Shown here in pieces: positions 35,513 through 44,998 of a stretch of DNA of 64,000 bases. Source of the stretch: Bacteroidales bacterium (GTDB lineage: Bacteria; Bacteroidota; Bacteroidia; Bacteroidales; UBA4181). Every line of letters begins with the position of its first letter. Position 1 is the first letter of the stretch. Location of the stretch: assembly GCA_017523725.1 (NCBI GenBank), contig JAFWVY010000010.1:7367-71366 (forward strand), written 5' to 3'. Below the pieces are notes generated by a model. The model was not told where the DNA came from. It saw only the letters and a program-made list of their open reading frames with translations, and did no database searches. The position numbers were made by a program, and so were the translations under genes.

Positions 35513-36016
35513 ATGATATCAACAGACAAACCGGTTTCTATTATCGTGGCCGTGGCCGAGAACAATGCCATCGGCTACCGGAACGAACTTCTCTGCCATT
35601 TGCCGGCGGACTTGAAATATTTCAAGCGTGTGACCTCGGGCCACACAGTGGTGATGGGGCGCCGGACCTGGTTCTCGCTGCCCCGCCGGCCGCTGCCGGG
35701 CCGTAAGAACATCGTTGTGACCGACGTGCCGGACGAGATGTTCGAGGGGGCCGTGTCGGTGCGCAGTCTCGAGGAGGCTTTGCAGCACTGCGATGCTGCG
35801 TCAGAGAACTTTGTCATCGGCGGCGGCATGATTTACCGCCAGTTCATGGAAATTGCGCAGAAACTGTACATTACGCATGTGTATCATGCGTTCGAGGCCG
35901 ATACGTTCTACCCGGAGATCTCTCCGGAAACATGGGAGGAGATATCCTCCGAACCGCATCCGGCCGACGCGGACAATCCGTATCCCTATTGCTTTTCAGT
36001 ATATCAACGCAAATAA
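35513..36016 (+). CDS. folA: Dihydrofolate reductase
   Basis: SIIVAVAENNAIGYRNELLCHLPADLKYFKRVTSGHTVVMGRRTWFSLP...FVIGGGMIY. Confidence 0.93.
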   Translation: MISTDKPVSIIVAVAENNAIGYRNELLCHLPADLKYFKRVTSGHTVVMGRRTWFSLPRRPLPGRKNIVVTDVPDEMFEGAVSVRSLEEALQHCDAASENFVIGGGMIYRQFMEIAQKLYITHVYHAFEADTFYPEISPETWEEISSEPHPADADNPYPYCFSVYQRK

Positions 36017-36022
36017 AAGAAT

Positions 36023-37417
36023 ATGAGAAACACTTACAACTTGGCTTATGTGCTGTTCATCGCCCTGATCTCGGCGATGGGCGGGCTGCTGTTCGGTTAC
36101 GACTGGGTCGTCATCGGCGGAGCTGTCAATTTCTATCAGACATTCTTCAATATCGGAGACAATACGGTCCTGCAGGGCGTGGCGACCAGCATCGCGCTGG
36201 TGGGCTGTCTGTTCGGAGCGGTGTTCGCCGGTGCGCTGGCCGACCGTTACGGCCGCAAGCCGCTGCTGATCATTGCGGCTTTCCTGTTCACGATTTCGGC
36301 GGTTGCGACCGGTTTGTTCAATGTCTTTTCGCTGTTCTGCATCGCCCGTTTCGTCGGCGGTGTCGGCATCGGCATAGCCTCGGCGCTCTCTCCGATGTAT
36401 ATCGCTGAGATTTCTCCGGCGGATATCCGTGGCAAGCTGGTTTCGCTGAACCAGATGACCATCGTTTTCGGTATTCTGGCCGCGCAGATCGCCAACTGGG
36501 CCATCGCGCGTCCCGATATCGTATCGGTAGCCGGACTCCACGTCATTGACCCATGGAACATCGAACGTGGCTGGCGGTGGATGTTCTGGGCAGAAACCAT
36601 TCCGGCCGCCCTGTTCCTCATCATGGCCTTCTTCATTCCCGAAAGTCCGCGGTGGACAGCCTTGCACGGCCGGATCGACCAGGCCCACCAGACGCTGGCC
36701 CGCATCGGCGGAGACCATCATGCCGAACTCGAACTGGCGGCCATTCAGGCATCTGCTGCGGCAGAGGTCTCGAAGGAGAAAGTGACGCTCAAGGAACTGT
36801 TTGTCAAGCGTTATGCCAGAATCCTTTCATTGGGTATCATCATTGCGGTGTTCCAGCAGTGGTGCGGAACGAACGTGATCTTTATCTACGCGCAGGATGT
36901 CTTCGCCGGTGCCGGCTATTCCATCAGTGAGGCCTTCCTCAATATTGTGGTCACTGGCATCGCCAACGTGCTGTTCACATTTGTTGCCATCTATACCATC
37001 GACCGCTGGGGCCGCCGTTCGCTGATGCTGTTCGGTGCCATTTCGCTGGCCATTATCTATGCCGTGCTCGGTACCTGCTATGCGATGCACGTCCAGGGCA
37101 TGTTCATGGTGTTGCTGACGGTGATGGCAATCGCCTGCTACGCCATGTCGCTCGCCCCGGTCACCTGGGTGCTGCTTTCCGAGATTTTCCCCAACCGCAT
37201 CCGCGGCGTGGCCATGGCCACCTGTACGTTCATGCTCTGGGTGGGCAGCTGCACGCTGACTTTCCTGTTCCCGTCCATGAACGCTTCGCTCGGCAGCAGC
37301 GGTTCATTCTGGATTTATGCCCTCATCTGCGCGGCCGGGTTCTGCTATTTCCTCAAGTACTGCCCCGAAACCAAGGGTAAGGCGTTGGAAGATCTCGAGA
37401 AGGAACTTGTTGATTAG
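36023..37417 (+). CDS. MFS sugar porter (XylE/GLUT-like sugar:H+ symporter)
   Basis: 12 TM helices. Sugar-porter signatures GGLLFGYDWVVIGGA, LADRYGRKP, PESPRW and TIDRWGRR. Confidence 0.9.
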   Translation: MRNTYNLAYVLFIALISAMGGLLFGYDWVVIGGAVNFYQTFFNIGDNTVLQGVATSIALVGCLFGAVFAGALADRYGRKPLLIIAAFLFTISAVATGLFNVFSLFCIARFVGGVGIGIASALSPMYIAEISPADIRGKLVSLNQMTIVFGILAAQIANWAIARPDIVSVAGLHVIDPWNIERGWRWMFWAETIPAALFLIMAFFIPESPRWTALHGRIDQAHQTLARIGGDHHAELELAAIQASAAAEVSKEKVTLKELFVKRYARILSLGIIIAVFQQWCGTNVIFIYAQDVFAGAGYSISEAFLNIVVTGIANVLFTFVAIYTIDRWGRRSLMLFGAISLAIIYAVLGTCYAMHVQGMFMVLLTVMAIACYAMSLAPVTWVLLSEIFPNRIRGVAMATCTFMLWVGSCTLTFLFPSMNASLGSSGSFWIYALICAAGFCYFLKYCPETKGKALEDLEKELVD

Positions 37418-37426
37418 AAATTGGAT

Positions 37427-39592
37427 ATGAAGAGAATTACTTTTTTATGCATGGTTTTCGGACTGCTGGTCTGCGGTGCAGCCTGCTCACGGCAGGAATC
37501 GCCGGCAGACAGCCGTCTGGAAATGACCTATGCGTGGCAGAAAATAAGCCATCCCGATGTGGAACGTGTTGCTGCACAGTTTGCCACGCCGCCGGCCGAG
37601 AATGCTCCTTGGGTCATCTGGGGATGGGATGGACCGATGACGGAGGAGGTCATCCGCCGCGACCTTGACTCGCTCGCTTCGAGAAACGTGAAAGCCGTGT
37701 CCATCGAGGCGGGATACAACATGGACAATGCGCCTTACCTTTCGGAAGGATGGTTCAAGAATGTGCGTTTTGCGGCGGAACAGGCGGCTGCGCACGGTAT
37801 GAAAGTGTGGATTATTGACGAAGGGAAGTATCCCAGCGGTTTTGCCGGAGGCAAGTTCTCGCAGGAAAAACCGGAACTCCGGATGCGCGGACTGAGCGTC
37901 GCGGAACGGGTGGAGGTCGAAGGTGGAGCGGCGTTTGACCGCACGTTGGACGACGCCACCATTGTCAGTGCCGTGGCTGTGTCGCGCCAGGACCGGCAGA
38001 AGGTGGAGGTGGTGCCCGTGACCGACGGCGCCATTCACTGGACGGCACCGGAAGGCTCGTCATGGCAGGTTTCGCTCGTCCGGGCCGACTTCCGGACGTC
38101 CGTGACCCGCGCTGCCAACAATCCCACGAGAGGCAAGGATGCCACCAACTTGCTTTGCGACTATCTTAGCGAAGCTGCTGTGGCTCAGTTTATCGAATTT
38201 ACGCATGAGCAGTATAAGAAGTATTGCGGCGATCTGTTCGGCTCGGTCATCCTGGGTTTCCGGGGCGACGAACCGGATTACGGGTTCACCCCGTGGACCC
38301 CGGACATGCCCGCGATATTCAAAGCGGCGAAAGGCTATGACATCGTGCCATACCTGGGGGCGGTGAATTCCGGTAACCTGCCGGATGCGCTTCAGCAGGT
38401 CAAGGCGGATTACTGGGATGTCTGGTCCGGCCTGTTCCGGGACAACTTCTTTACGCTTCAGGCCGACTGGCACCGCGCCAACGGCTTGGAGTATCTCGTG
38501 CACCTCAACCATGAGGACCGGATGACGTCGCTGATTACATCTTCGGGAGATTTCTTCCGCAACATGCGCCATGTGCAGATTCCCGGCGTCGATGCCATCT
38601 GGAACCAGATCTGGCCGGGCACCGTGGCGAATTTCCCGAAACTGGCCTCTTCCTCGGCCCACCTTTTCGGCAAACCCCGCGCCTTCAGCGAGAGTTTCGC
38701 CGCCTACAATCCCGGTCCCGATCCGGCTCAGGCCAAATGGGTCATTGATTACCAGCTGGCCCGGGGCATCAACGTGTTCGAGTTCATGTTCTGGGGGTCG
38801 TCCGCGCAGGGATGGCGCGGCCCGTCGGGCTGGATGGGCTCTCCGGAGTTCCCGGGGATCGTGCAGTATGCCAACCGGATGTGCTATGTTTTGTCGCAGG
38901 GAGTCCCCACGGCTTCGGTCGGCATCTATTATCCCACATCTTCGCTCTGGATGGGCGACCAGGCTTCGGACCAGAACACCTGGACGTTGGTGCAGTCCCT
39001 GTTGGACCGGCAGTATGATTTCGATTTTGTGGATGATCAGAGTCTTGGCGAAGTCATGACGCTGTCTGGCGGCAGACTGATGAATCTCAGCGGCCAGTCG
39101 TACGCCACCATTCTGGTGCCGGCGTGCCAGGTCCTGCCGCAAAAGGTTTACCAGCGGCTGAAGAAATTTGCGACGCAGGGCGGCAAGGTCTGTTTCATCG
39201 GATCTTTGCCGACGCGCTTGAGCGGGAAGACTTTCCGGGAGATGACCGAGGTGACCGCCCAGGATTTTGCTTGGGCGACGGTCGATCCGGAAAAGACGCT
39301 TTCGGATGTGACCGACGGCCTGCTGCCCGAAGCGGAGATCAAGCTGGACCAGCCATGTCGCAACTTTACCTTTGCGCACCGGAAACTGAACGATGCCGAG
39401 GTATATTTCCTTTTCAACGAGAACGATTCCCCGGTCTCCCGGACGGTGACCTTCGCTGCTTCCGGTAAAGCCGAGCTGTGGGATGCCGCTACGGGTGAAA
39501 TCACGCCGCTCGAAGCATCCGAAAAGGATGGCGGTATAGCTGTTCCCCTTTCGTTCGAAGGATGGGAATCAAAATGCGTGGTTATCAGATAG
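37427..39592 (+). CDS. Putative glycoside hydrolase lipoprotein, family not assignable by eye (its N-terminal region reminds me of GH106-type enzymes)
   Basis: Lipoprotein signal MKRITFLCMVFGLLVCGAAC. WGWDGPMTEEVIRRDLDSLASRNVKAVSIEAGY...MKVWIIDEGKYPSGFAGG. Lies 9 nt after the sugar porter. The track start 37421 is TTG; ATG 37427 is preferred. Confidence 0.6.
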   Translation: MKRITFLCMVFGLLVCGAACSRQESPADSRLEMTYAWQKISHPDVERVAAQFATPPAENAPWVIWGWDGPMTEEVIRRDLDSLASRNVKAVSIEAGYNMDNAPYLSEGWFKNVRFAAEQAAAHGMKVWIIDEGKYPSGFAGGKFSQEKPELRMRGLSVAERVEVEGGAAFDRTLDDATIVSAVAVSRQDRQKVEVVPVTDGAIHWTAPEGSSWQVSLVRADFRTSVTRAANNPTRGKDATNLLCDYLSEAAVAQFIEFTHEQYKKYCGDLFGSVILGFRGDEPDYGFTPWTPDMPAIFKAAKGYDIVPYLGAVNSGNLPDALQQVKADYWDVWSGLFRDNFFTLQADWHRANGLEYLVHLNHEDRMTSLITSSGDFFRNMRHVQIPGVDAIWNQIWPGTVANFPKLASSSAHLFGKPRAFSESFAAYNPGPDPAQAKWVIDYQLARGINVFEFMFWGSSAQGWRGPSGWMGSPEFPGIVQYANRMCYVLSQGVPTASVGIYYPTSSLWMGDQASDQNTWTLVQSLLDRQYDFDFVDDQSLGEVMTLSGGRLMNLSGQSYATILVPACQVLPQKVYQRLKKFATQGGKVCFIGSLPTRLSGKTFREMTEVTAQDFAWATVDPEKTLSDVTDGLLPEAEIKLDQPCRNFTFAHRKLNDAEVYFLFNENDSPVSRTVTFAASGKAELWDAATGEITPLEASEKDGGIAVPLSFEGWESKCVVIR

Positions 39593-41132
39593 CGGCGATG
39601 CGGTCGGCAACATTCACCCCGTCCATGGCGGATGAGGTGATGCCGCCCGCATAGCCGGCTCCCTCTCCGCACGGATACAGCCCGGATACCTGCACATGCT
39701 GCAGAGAGTCCGCTTCGCGCAGAATTCTCACCGGGGAAGACGAACGTGACTCAACGCCGACCACGACGGCTTCCCGGGTGAGGAATCCGTGCATTTTCCT
39801 GTCGAATTCCCTGAACCCTTCGCGCAGCCGTACGGAGACTTCCTCCGGCAGCCAGAAGTGCAGGGGCGACGGAATCAGTCCCGGCATGTATGAGTTTTCG
39901 GGCAGTGAACCCGACAGCCGGCCTGCCACGAAATCGGTGAGGCGGGCGGCCGGAGCCGTCTGGCCGCCTCCGCCGTTCAGCATGGCAAGATGCTCCACGG
40001 CCTGCTGGTAGCGCAGGCCGGCCAGCGGACCTTCCGCTGCAAAATCTTTAAGATCTTCTTCCCGCACCTCGGTGATGATTCCGGCGTTGGCATACGGGGT
40101 ATGCCGGCGTGAGGAAGACATGCCGTTCACGACCTGTCCCTCGGGCGAAGAGGCTGCGGCGACCATGAATCCGCCCGGACACATGCAGAAAGAATAGACG
40201 CCGCGTCCGCCCGCCTGGGCGGTCAGCGCATAAGTCGCAGCCGGCAGCCAGGCCATGCCGGGGTCGCGGTGATACTGTATTTCGTCGATGAGATCCTGTG
40301 GATGTTCCACCCGGACGCCCATGGCGAACGGCTTGCATGCCAGTGCCAGGCCTTTCCGGTGGAGCATGTCGTAGGTGTCGTGTGCCGAATGTCCCGTGGC
40401 CCAGACGACCGTATCCGTCGTTATCCAGCCGGTCTTCTCCGTAAAGACGCCTTGGATCTTTCCGTCTGCGATACGCAGGTCGGTGACTTTGGCTCCGAAA
40501 ATGACTTCGCCGCCGCATCCGGTGATGGTGGCATACATATGCCGCACGATGTCCGGCAGTTTGTCTGAACCGATGTGAGGATGAGCCTGGTACAGAATCT
40601 TTTCGTCAGCGCCGTGGAAATGGAACCGGGCGAGAATCCTACCTGTGTCACCGCGTTTGGACGACCGGGTGAACAGCTTGCCGTCGGAGAAGGTGCCGGC
40701 GCCGCCCCATCCGAAACAGTAGTTTGACTCTGCATTGAGCCCCAGTCCCCGCGAGAGAGTGGCGATGTCTTTCTTGCGTTCTCCTACCTCTTTTCCGCGC
40801 TCCAGTATGACGGGGCGCAGGCCGTGCTCAATGAGCCGGAGCGAGGCGAACAATCCGGCAGGCCCGCTTCCGACCACTACCACGGGGCGGCCGGCATGTA
40901 CATCCTGGTAACGGAACGGCTCCTGGCCGGCAGCCGGATCCTGCTCATCCGGGGCAAAGACGGCGACGGTGCGGAGAATCCTGACGCCTTGCCGGGACCG
41001 TGCATCGATGGATTCGCGCAATATGCGGGCGCACGGTGTCTCTGCAGTCTGTGCCGCTCTGCGCAGTACTTGCTGCCAAAGTCCGGGGTCCGCCGCTTCC
41101 TGCGGTGACAAGGAGAAATCGAGGATTCGCAT
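39585..41132 (-). CDS. FAD-dependent oxidoreductase (COG2509-type NAD(FAD)-utilising dehydrogenase)
   Basis: Rossmann motif VVVVGSGPAGLFASLRLIEHGLRPVILERG. C-terminal LYPCGEGAGYAGGITSSAMDG. Confidence 0.8.
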   Translation of the reverse strand: MRILDFSLSPQEAADPGLWQQVLRRAAQTAETPCARILRESIDARSRQGVRILRTVAVFAPDEQDPAAGQEPFRYQDVHAGRPVVVVGSGPAGLFASLRLIEHGLRPVILERGKEVGERKKDIATLSRGLGLNAESNYCFGWGGAGTFSDGKLFTRSSKRGDTGRILARFHFHGADEKILYQAHPHIGSDKLPDIVRHMYATITGCGGEVIFGAKVTDLRIADGKIQGVFTEKTGWITTDTVVWATGHSAHDTYDMLHRKGLALACKPFAMGVRVEHPQDLIDEIQYHRDPGMAWLPAATYALTAQAGGRGVYSFCMCPGGFMVAAASSPEGQVVNGMSSSRRHTPYANAGIITEVREEDLKDFAAEGPLAGLRYQQAVEHLAMLNGGGGQTAPAARLTDFVAGRLSGSLPENSYMPGLIPSPLHFWLPEEVSVRLREGFREFDRKMHGFLTREAVVVGVESRSSSPVRILREADSLQHVQVSGLYPCGEGAGYAGGITSSAMDGVNVADRIAAI

Positions 41133-41226
41133 GGGTGTCGATGGATGATGCCGGGATAGTTCCGCTGCGGCGGAACACGGGACAAAAGTAACATTTTCTG
41201 CGGAGAAGCCGGATGGAACCGTCTGT

Positions 41227-41913
41227 CTATTCGAAATAGAACACGAGCGAATAAACCGAGGGCTTCATCGTGCGTATGCCGCTCCGTTCCGAGGCATAAC
41301 GGACGCAGTCCTGCAACCCCCAGGAGCCTCTGAATTCTATCGTGAATTTGAAAAAAGGCAGGTAGAAATCCACTCCGGCACCGGCGTCGAAATAAGGTTC
41401 GAAGCGTTGGAGTTCCAAATCGTATTTGTGTGCTGCCGTAAGCTCTTCATCCGGAGACACGGGTTCGCCGTCCATATCCAGGTCGAAGGCGATTTTATTG
41501 AGCAGATACCGCATCGAACCGCCGGCCGTGACATACGGACGGACATTGCTCGTCCGGTGCGATTTGTACTTTATCAGCAGGGGGATGTCCACATAGCTGA
41601 CCCGCATGCCGTGCTCTTCCTCTCCGAATTTCAGGTTACGGTCGCCGAAACTGATACCCGGTACGGTCCGCAGGTCGAAATACTCATGCAGCCGGAAGTT
41701 GGCCACCGCCTGGATGCTGAATCCGTAGGAAAGCATCTCCAGGCTGGAAGTGCCTTCGATGGCGCAGTCCATGGTGTTCAGTCCCAACGCGAACCCGAAA
41801 TGCACAGGATATTCGTCGTGGGTTGTCTCGTTGAGCAGCCATGAAGTGCGCTGCGCATGCGAGCAGACGCAGCCCAGGCACGAAAGGAGAAAGAGACAGG
41901 CGATTTTTCTCAT
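41227..41913 (-). CDS. porT: Small outer-membrane beta-barrel protein, PorT/SprT-like
   Basis: Signal MRKIACLFLLSCLGCVCSHAQ, 228 aa. HFGFALGLN, LRTVPGISFGDRNLKF, YVDIPLLIKYKSHRTSNVRPYVTAGGSMRY and FEPYFDAGAGVDFYLPFFKFTIEFRGSWGL resemble the PorT family pattern as I recall it. Start trimmed to ATG 41913. Confidence 0.5.
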   Translation of the reverse strand: MRKIACLFLLSCLGCVCSHAQRTSWLLNETTHDEYPVHFGFALGLNTMDCAIEGTSSLEMLSYGFSIQAVANFRLHEYFDLRTVPGISFGDRNLKFGEEEHGMRVSYVDIPLLIKYKSHRTSNVRPYVTAGGSMRYLLNKIAFDLDMDGEPVSPDEELTAAHKYDLELQRFEPYFDAGAGVDFYLPFFKFTIEFRGSWGLQDCVRYASERSGIRTMKPSVYSLVFYFE

Positions 41914-42011
41914 GCGGCAATCCGTACATCTTTTCTGAAAACGCAGGAACCGTCTTTTTATTGCCGTCGCATGCGTTTTTGTCGGAGATGCCACGGCGCT
42001 GTCGCCCGGGT

Positions 42012-43130
42012 TCAGAGCAGGGCATATCTCCTGCCGGGCAGGGTCTGGATAAGTCCCGCTATCTCAAGGTTCAGCAGTGCGGCGGGCAGCATGCCGGCGT
42101 CTGCGAAGGCGAGTGTCCGGTTCATCTCCTCATAGCCGGCCTTCCCGCCGGAATCTTGCAGCAGCCGGACAATCCGCTGTTCTTCCTCGGAGCAGCCGGT
42201 CAGGCGTTCCGCGCGGTCAGCACGCTTCCCTGCTGCGGCATCTTTGGCCTCCCACCCCATGATGTACAGAAGGTCGTCGGCCGATGTCAGCAGATGCGCG
42301 CGTGCCGTCCGGACAAGCCAGTTGCAGCCGGCCGACTGTGCATCGGAGGTCCTTCCCGGTACCGCGAATACTTCGCGGTTGTACGAGGCGGCGATGTCGG
42401 CAGTGATCAGCGAGCCGCCCTTTGCCGCCGATTCCACGATGACGGTCGCATCGGTCAGCCCGGCGATGATGCGGTTGCGGCGGACAAAATTCGCGGGATA
42501 CGTCGGCATGTCGCTGCTGAATTCCGAAACCAGTGCGCCGCCGTTTGACATGATGCTGACAGCGTCCTTCCGGTGGGAGGCCGGGTAGACGTGGCTGAAA
42601 CTGGTGCCGAAAACAGCCACGGTCGAGACGTTGCAATCCAGTGCGGCCCGGTGGGCGCAGATGTCAATGCCATAAGCCAGTCCGCTGACGATCAGTAGAT
42701 TGTCAATCTTTGTCGCCAAGTCTTCAATGAGATGCCGACAGAAGGATTCTCCATATTCCGTCTGCTTCCGCGTCCCGACCACACTGATGGCATGCGCCGC
42801 TTCGAAACAGAGGCTGCCGCGGTAGAAGATCAGCAGCGGTGCGTCTTCGCATTGCCGGAGACGTTCGGGATACATCGGATCGGTGTAGAACAGACAGCCG
42901 ATGTGGTGCTGCTCCATGTAGGCCATTTCCTGTTCCGCCTGCCTGAATGTGTCATGGTTGCCGATGGATTCGGCGATGTCGGCCCGCAGTCCTGCATTGG
43001 TCAGTTCGACGGCAGAGAGATGAAAAATATCGGCGGGTTGGCCGAAGTGCTCCTGCAACTGCTGCGCAGTCCGCAGGTTGATGCCTGGCGTGAAATACAA
43101 GGCCAGTTTGTAGAACAAATCGTTTTGCAT
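42012..43130 (-). CDS. dprA: DNA-processing protein DprA (Smf)
   Basis: Rossmann-like DprA core: ISVVGTRKQTEYG, IVSGLAYGIDICAHRAAL, AVFGTSFSHVYP and GSLITADIAASYNREVFAVPG. Confidence 0.9.
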   Translation of the reverse strand: MQNDLFYKLALYFTPGINLRTAQQLQEHFGQPADIFHLSAVELTNAGLRADIAESIGNHDTFRQAEQEMAYMEQHHIGCLFYTDPMYPERLRQCEDAPLLIFYRGSLCFEAAHAISVVGTRKQTEYGESFCRHLIEDLATKIDNLLIVSGLAYGIDICAHRAALDCNVSTVAVFGTSFSHVYPASHRKDAVSIMSNGGALVSEFSSDMPTYPANFVRRNRIIAGLTDATVIVESAAKGGSLITADIAASYNREVFAVPGRTSDAQSAGCNWLVRTARAHLLTSADDLLYIMGWEAKDAAAGKRADRAERLTGCSEEEQRIVRLLQDSGGKAGYEEMNRTLAFADAGMLPAALLNLEIAGLIQTLPGRRYALL

Positions 43131-43209
43131 GTTGGTGTTGGTAGAATGTTATCAAAAGGCGGTCTCACGACTGCCGGAATTTATGTTCTTGCCGATGACA
43201 AAACCGGTG

Positions 43210-44580
43210 TCAGCGGTTCAGCAGGAAGTCCACGAGGTCCCGCTGGGCGACCTTTGTCTGCTGACCGGTGGCGAGTTCCTTGACCGTGATGCTGCCGGAT
43301 GCCATTTCATCTCCGCCGAGGATGGCCACGAAGGCGATACGTCGGCTGTCAGCATAGGCCAGCTGTTTTTTCATCTTGAGGGGATCCGGATAAATCTCGG
43401 CGCTGATGCCGGCGCGGCGTACCTCGCTGAGCAGCGGGAGTACGGCCCTCATCTCATCTCCGCCGAAATTGACAAAGAGCACTTGTGTGGTCTCGGTCGT
43501 GCTGTCCGGGAATCCGTCTGTCTGCAGAAGTACATCATAGATGCGGTCGGCTCCGAAGGATATGCCGACGCCTGACAGACCCGGCATGCCGAAAATACCC
43601 GTCAGGTTGTCATAGCGTCCGCCGCCGCAGATGCTGCCGATCTTTACGTCGTTTGCCTTGACCTCGATGATGGTGCCGGTGTAGTAGTTCAGACCGCGTG
43701 CAAGCGTCAGGTCGAATTCGACGGCCGTCTGCACCTGCATGTCGGTCACGTAGCCCAGCACTTCGCGCATCTCTGCCACGCCTTTCAGGCCGGTTTCGGA
43801 GGTTCCTTCGAAAAGTGCCGCTATGGCCGACAGCTTTTCTTCGGTGGAACCGGACAGCTGCAGCACAGGCTGCAGGCGTGCGACGGACGCTGCGGAGAAC
43901 CCGCGCTCCAGCAATTCTGCATTGACATTTTCGAGACCGATTTTGTCCAGCTTGTCGATGGCCGTCGTCAAGTCGGTCACTTTCTCCGCCTGACCCAGAA
44001 GCTCGGCGATGCCGCTCAGGATCTTGCGGTTATTGAGTTTCACCGTCACGCTGATCTGCAGCCGGCGGAATACCTGGTCCACCATCTGAACCAATTCTGC
44101 ATCGTACAGCAGCGAGTCGCTGCCTACCACATCTGCATCGCACTGGTAGAATTCGCGGTAGCGGCCCTTCTGGGGACGGTCGGCGCGCCATACGGGCTGG
44201 ATCTGGTAACGCTTGAACGGGAAAACCAGTTCGGCCCGGTGCTGGACGACATACCTGGCAAAAGGCACGGTCAGGTCGTAGCGCAGACCTTTCTCGCACA
44301 GCAGCGCGGCCACGTGTCCGGCATCGTGCGAGGTGAGGACATCCGGTCCCGCATCCGCAAGGAAATCGCCGGAATTGAGAATCTTGAACAGCAACTTGTC
44401 ACCTTCTTCGCCGTATTTGCCCATCAGCGTAGACAAATATTCCATCGACGGGGTCTCGATAGGTTGGAACCCGTAGCTTCGGTACACCGACTTGATGGTG
44501 TCGAAGATATAGTTGCGCCGTGAAATCTCTTCCGGAGAGAAGTCTCTGGTCCCTTTGGGGATGGCGGGTCTGGAAGCCAT
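43210..44580 (-). CDS. hisS: Histidine--tRNA ligase
   Basis: [46 protein letters not shown] and [10 protein letters not shown]. Confidence 0.97.
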   Translation of the reverse strand: MASRPAIPKGTRDFSPEEISRRNYIFDTIKSVYRSYGFQPIETPSMEYLSTLMGKYGEEGDKLLFKILNSGDFLADAGPDVLTSHDAGHVAALLCEKGLRYDLTVPFARYVVQHRAELVFPFKRYQIQPVWRADRPQKGRYREFYQCDADVVGSDSLLYDAELVQMVDQVFRRLQISVTVKLNNRKILSGIAELLGQAEKVTDLTTAIDKLDKIGLENVNAELLERGFSAASVARLQPVLQLSGSTEEKLSAIAALFEGTSETGLKGVAEMREVLGYVTDMQVQTAVEFDLTLARGLNYYTGTIIEVKANDVKIGSICGGGRYDNLTGIFGMPGLSGVGISFGADRIYDVLLQTDGFPDSTTETTQVLFVNFGGDEMRAVLPLLSEVRRAGISAEIYPDPLKMKKQLAYADSRRIAFVAILGGDEMASGSITVKELATGQQTKVAQRDLVDFLLNR

Positions 44581-44582
44581 GC

Positions 44583-44963
44583 TTATTTCTGCTGTTTTGC
44601 TTCGATGCTCAGCGTGGCGTGCGGTACGACGCGCAGCCGTTCCTTCGGAATCAGTTTGCCCGTTTTGCGGCAGATACCGTACGTCTTGTTCTGGATGCGG
44701 ATGAGTGCCGCGTTCAGGTTGTCGATGAACTGCCGCTGCCGGTGCGCCAGCCGTGCCGCTTCCTCTTTCGAGAGCGTGGCTGCACCGTCTTCGATGATTT
44801 TGTACGTGGGGGACGTGTCTTCGGTGTCGTTGCCGCCGGTATTGTCGATGGCACCCTGGTACAGGGCGTAATCCCGCTTGGCAACCTCCAGTTTCTCCAG
44901 GATGATCTGACGGAATTCCTCCAGTTCGGCGTCAGAATACCTTGTTTTTTCTTTCTCTGCCAT
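44583..44963 (-). CDS. DksA/TraR-family protein with a degenerate (single-Cys) zinc-finger region
   Basis: Coiled-coil N-terminus plus C-terminal [29 protein letters not shown]. Only one Cys in the whole protein. Lies between ileS and hisS. Confidence 0.75.
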   Translation of the reverse strand: MAEKEKTRYSDAELEEFRQIILEKLEVAKRDYALYQGAIDNTGGNDTEDTSPTYKIIEDGAATLSKEEAARLAHRQRQFIDNLNAALIRIQNKTYGICRKTGKLIPKERLRVVPHATLSIEAKQQK

Positions 44964-44998
44964 AGTTTAAAATTTTATCCAAGATACGGAGTTTTTTC

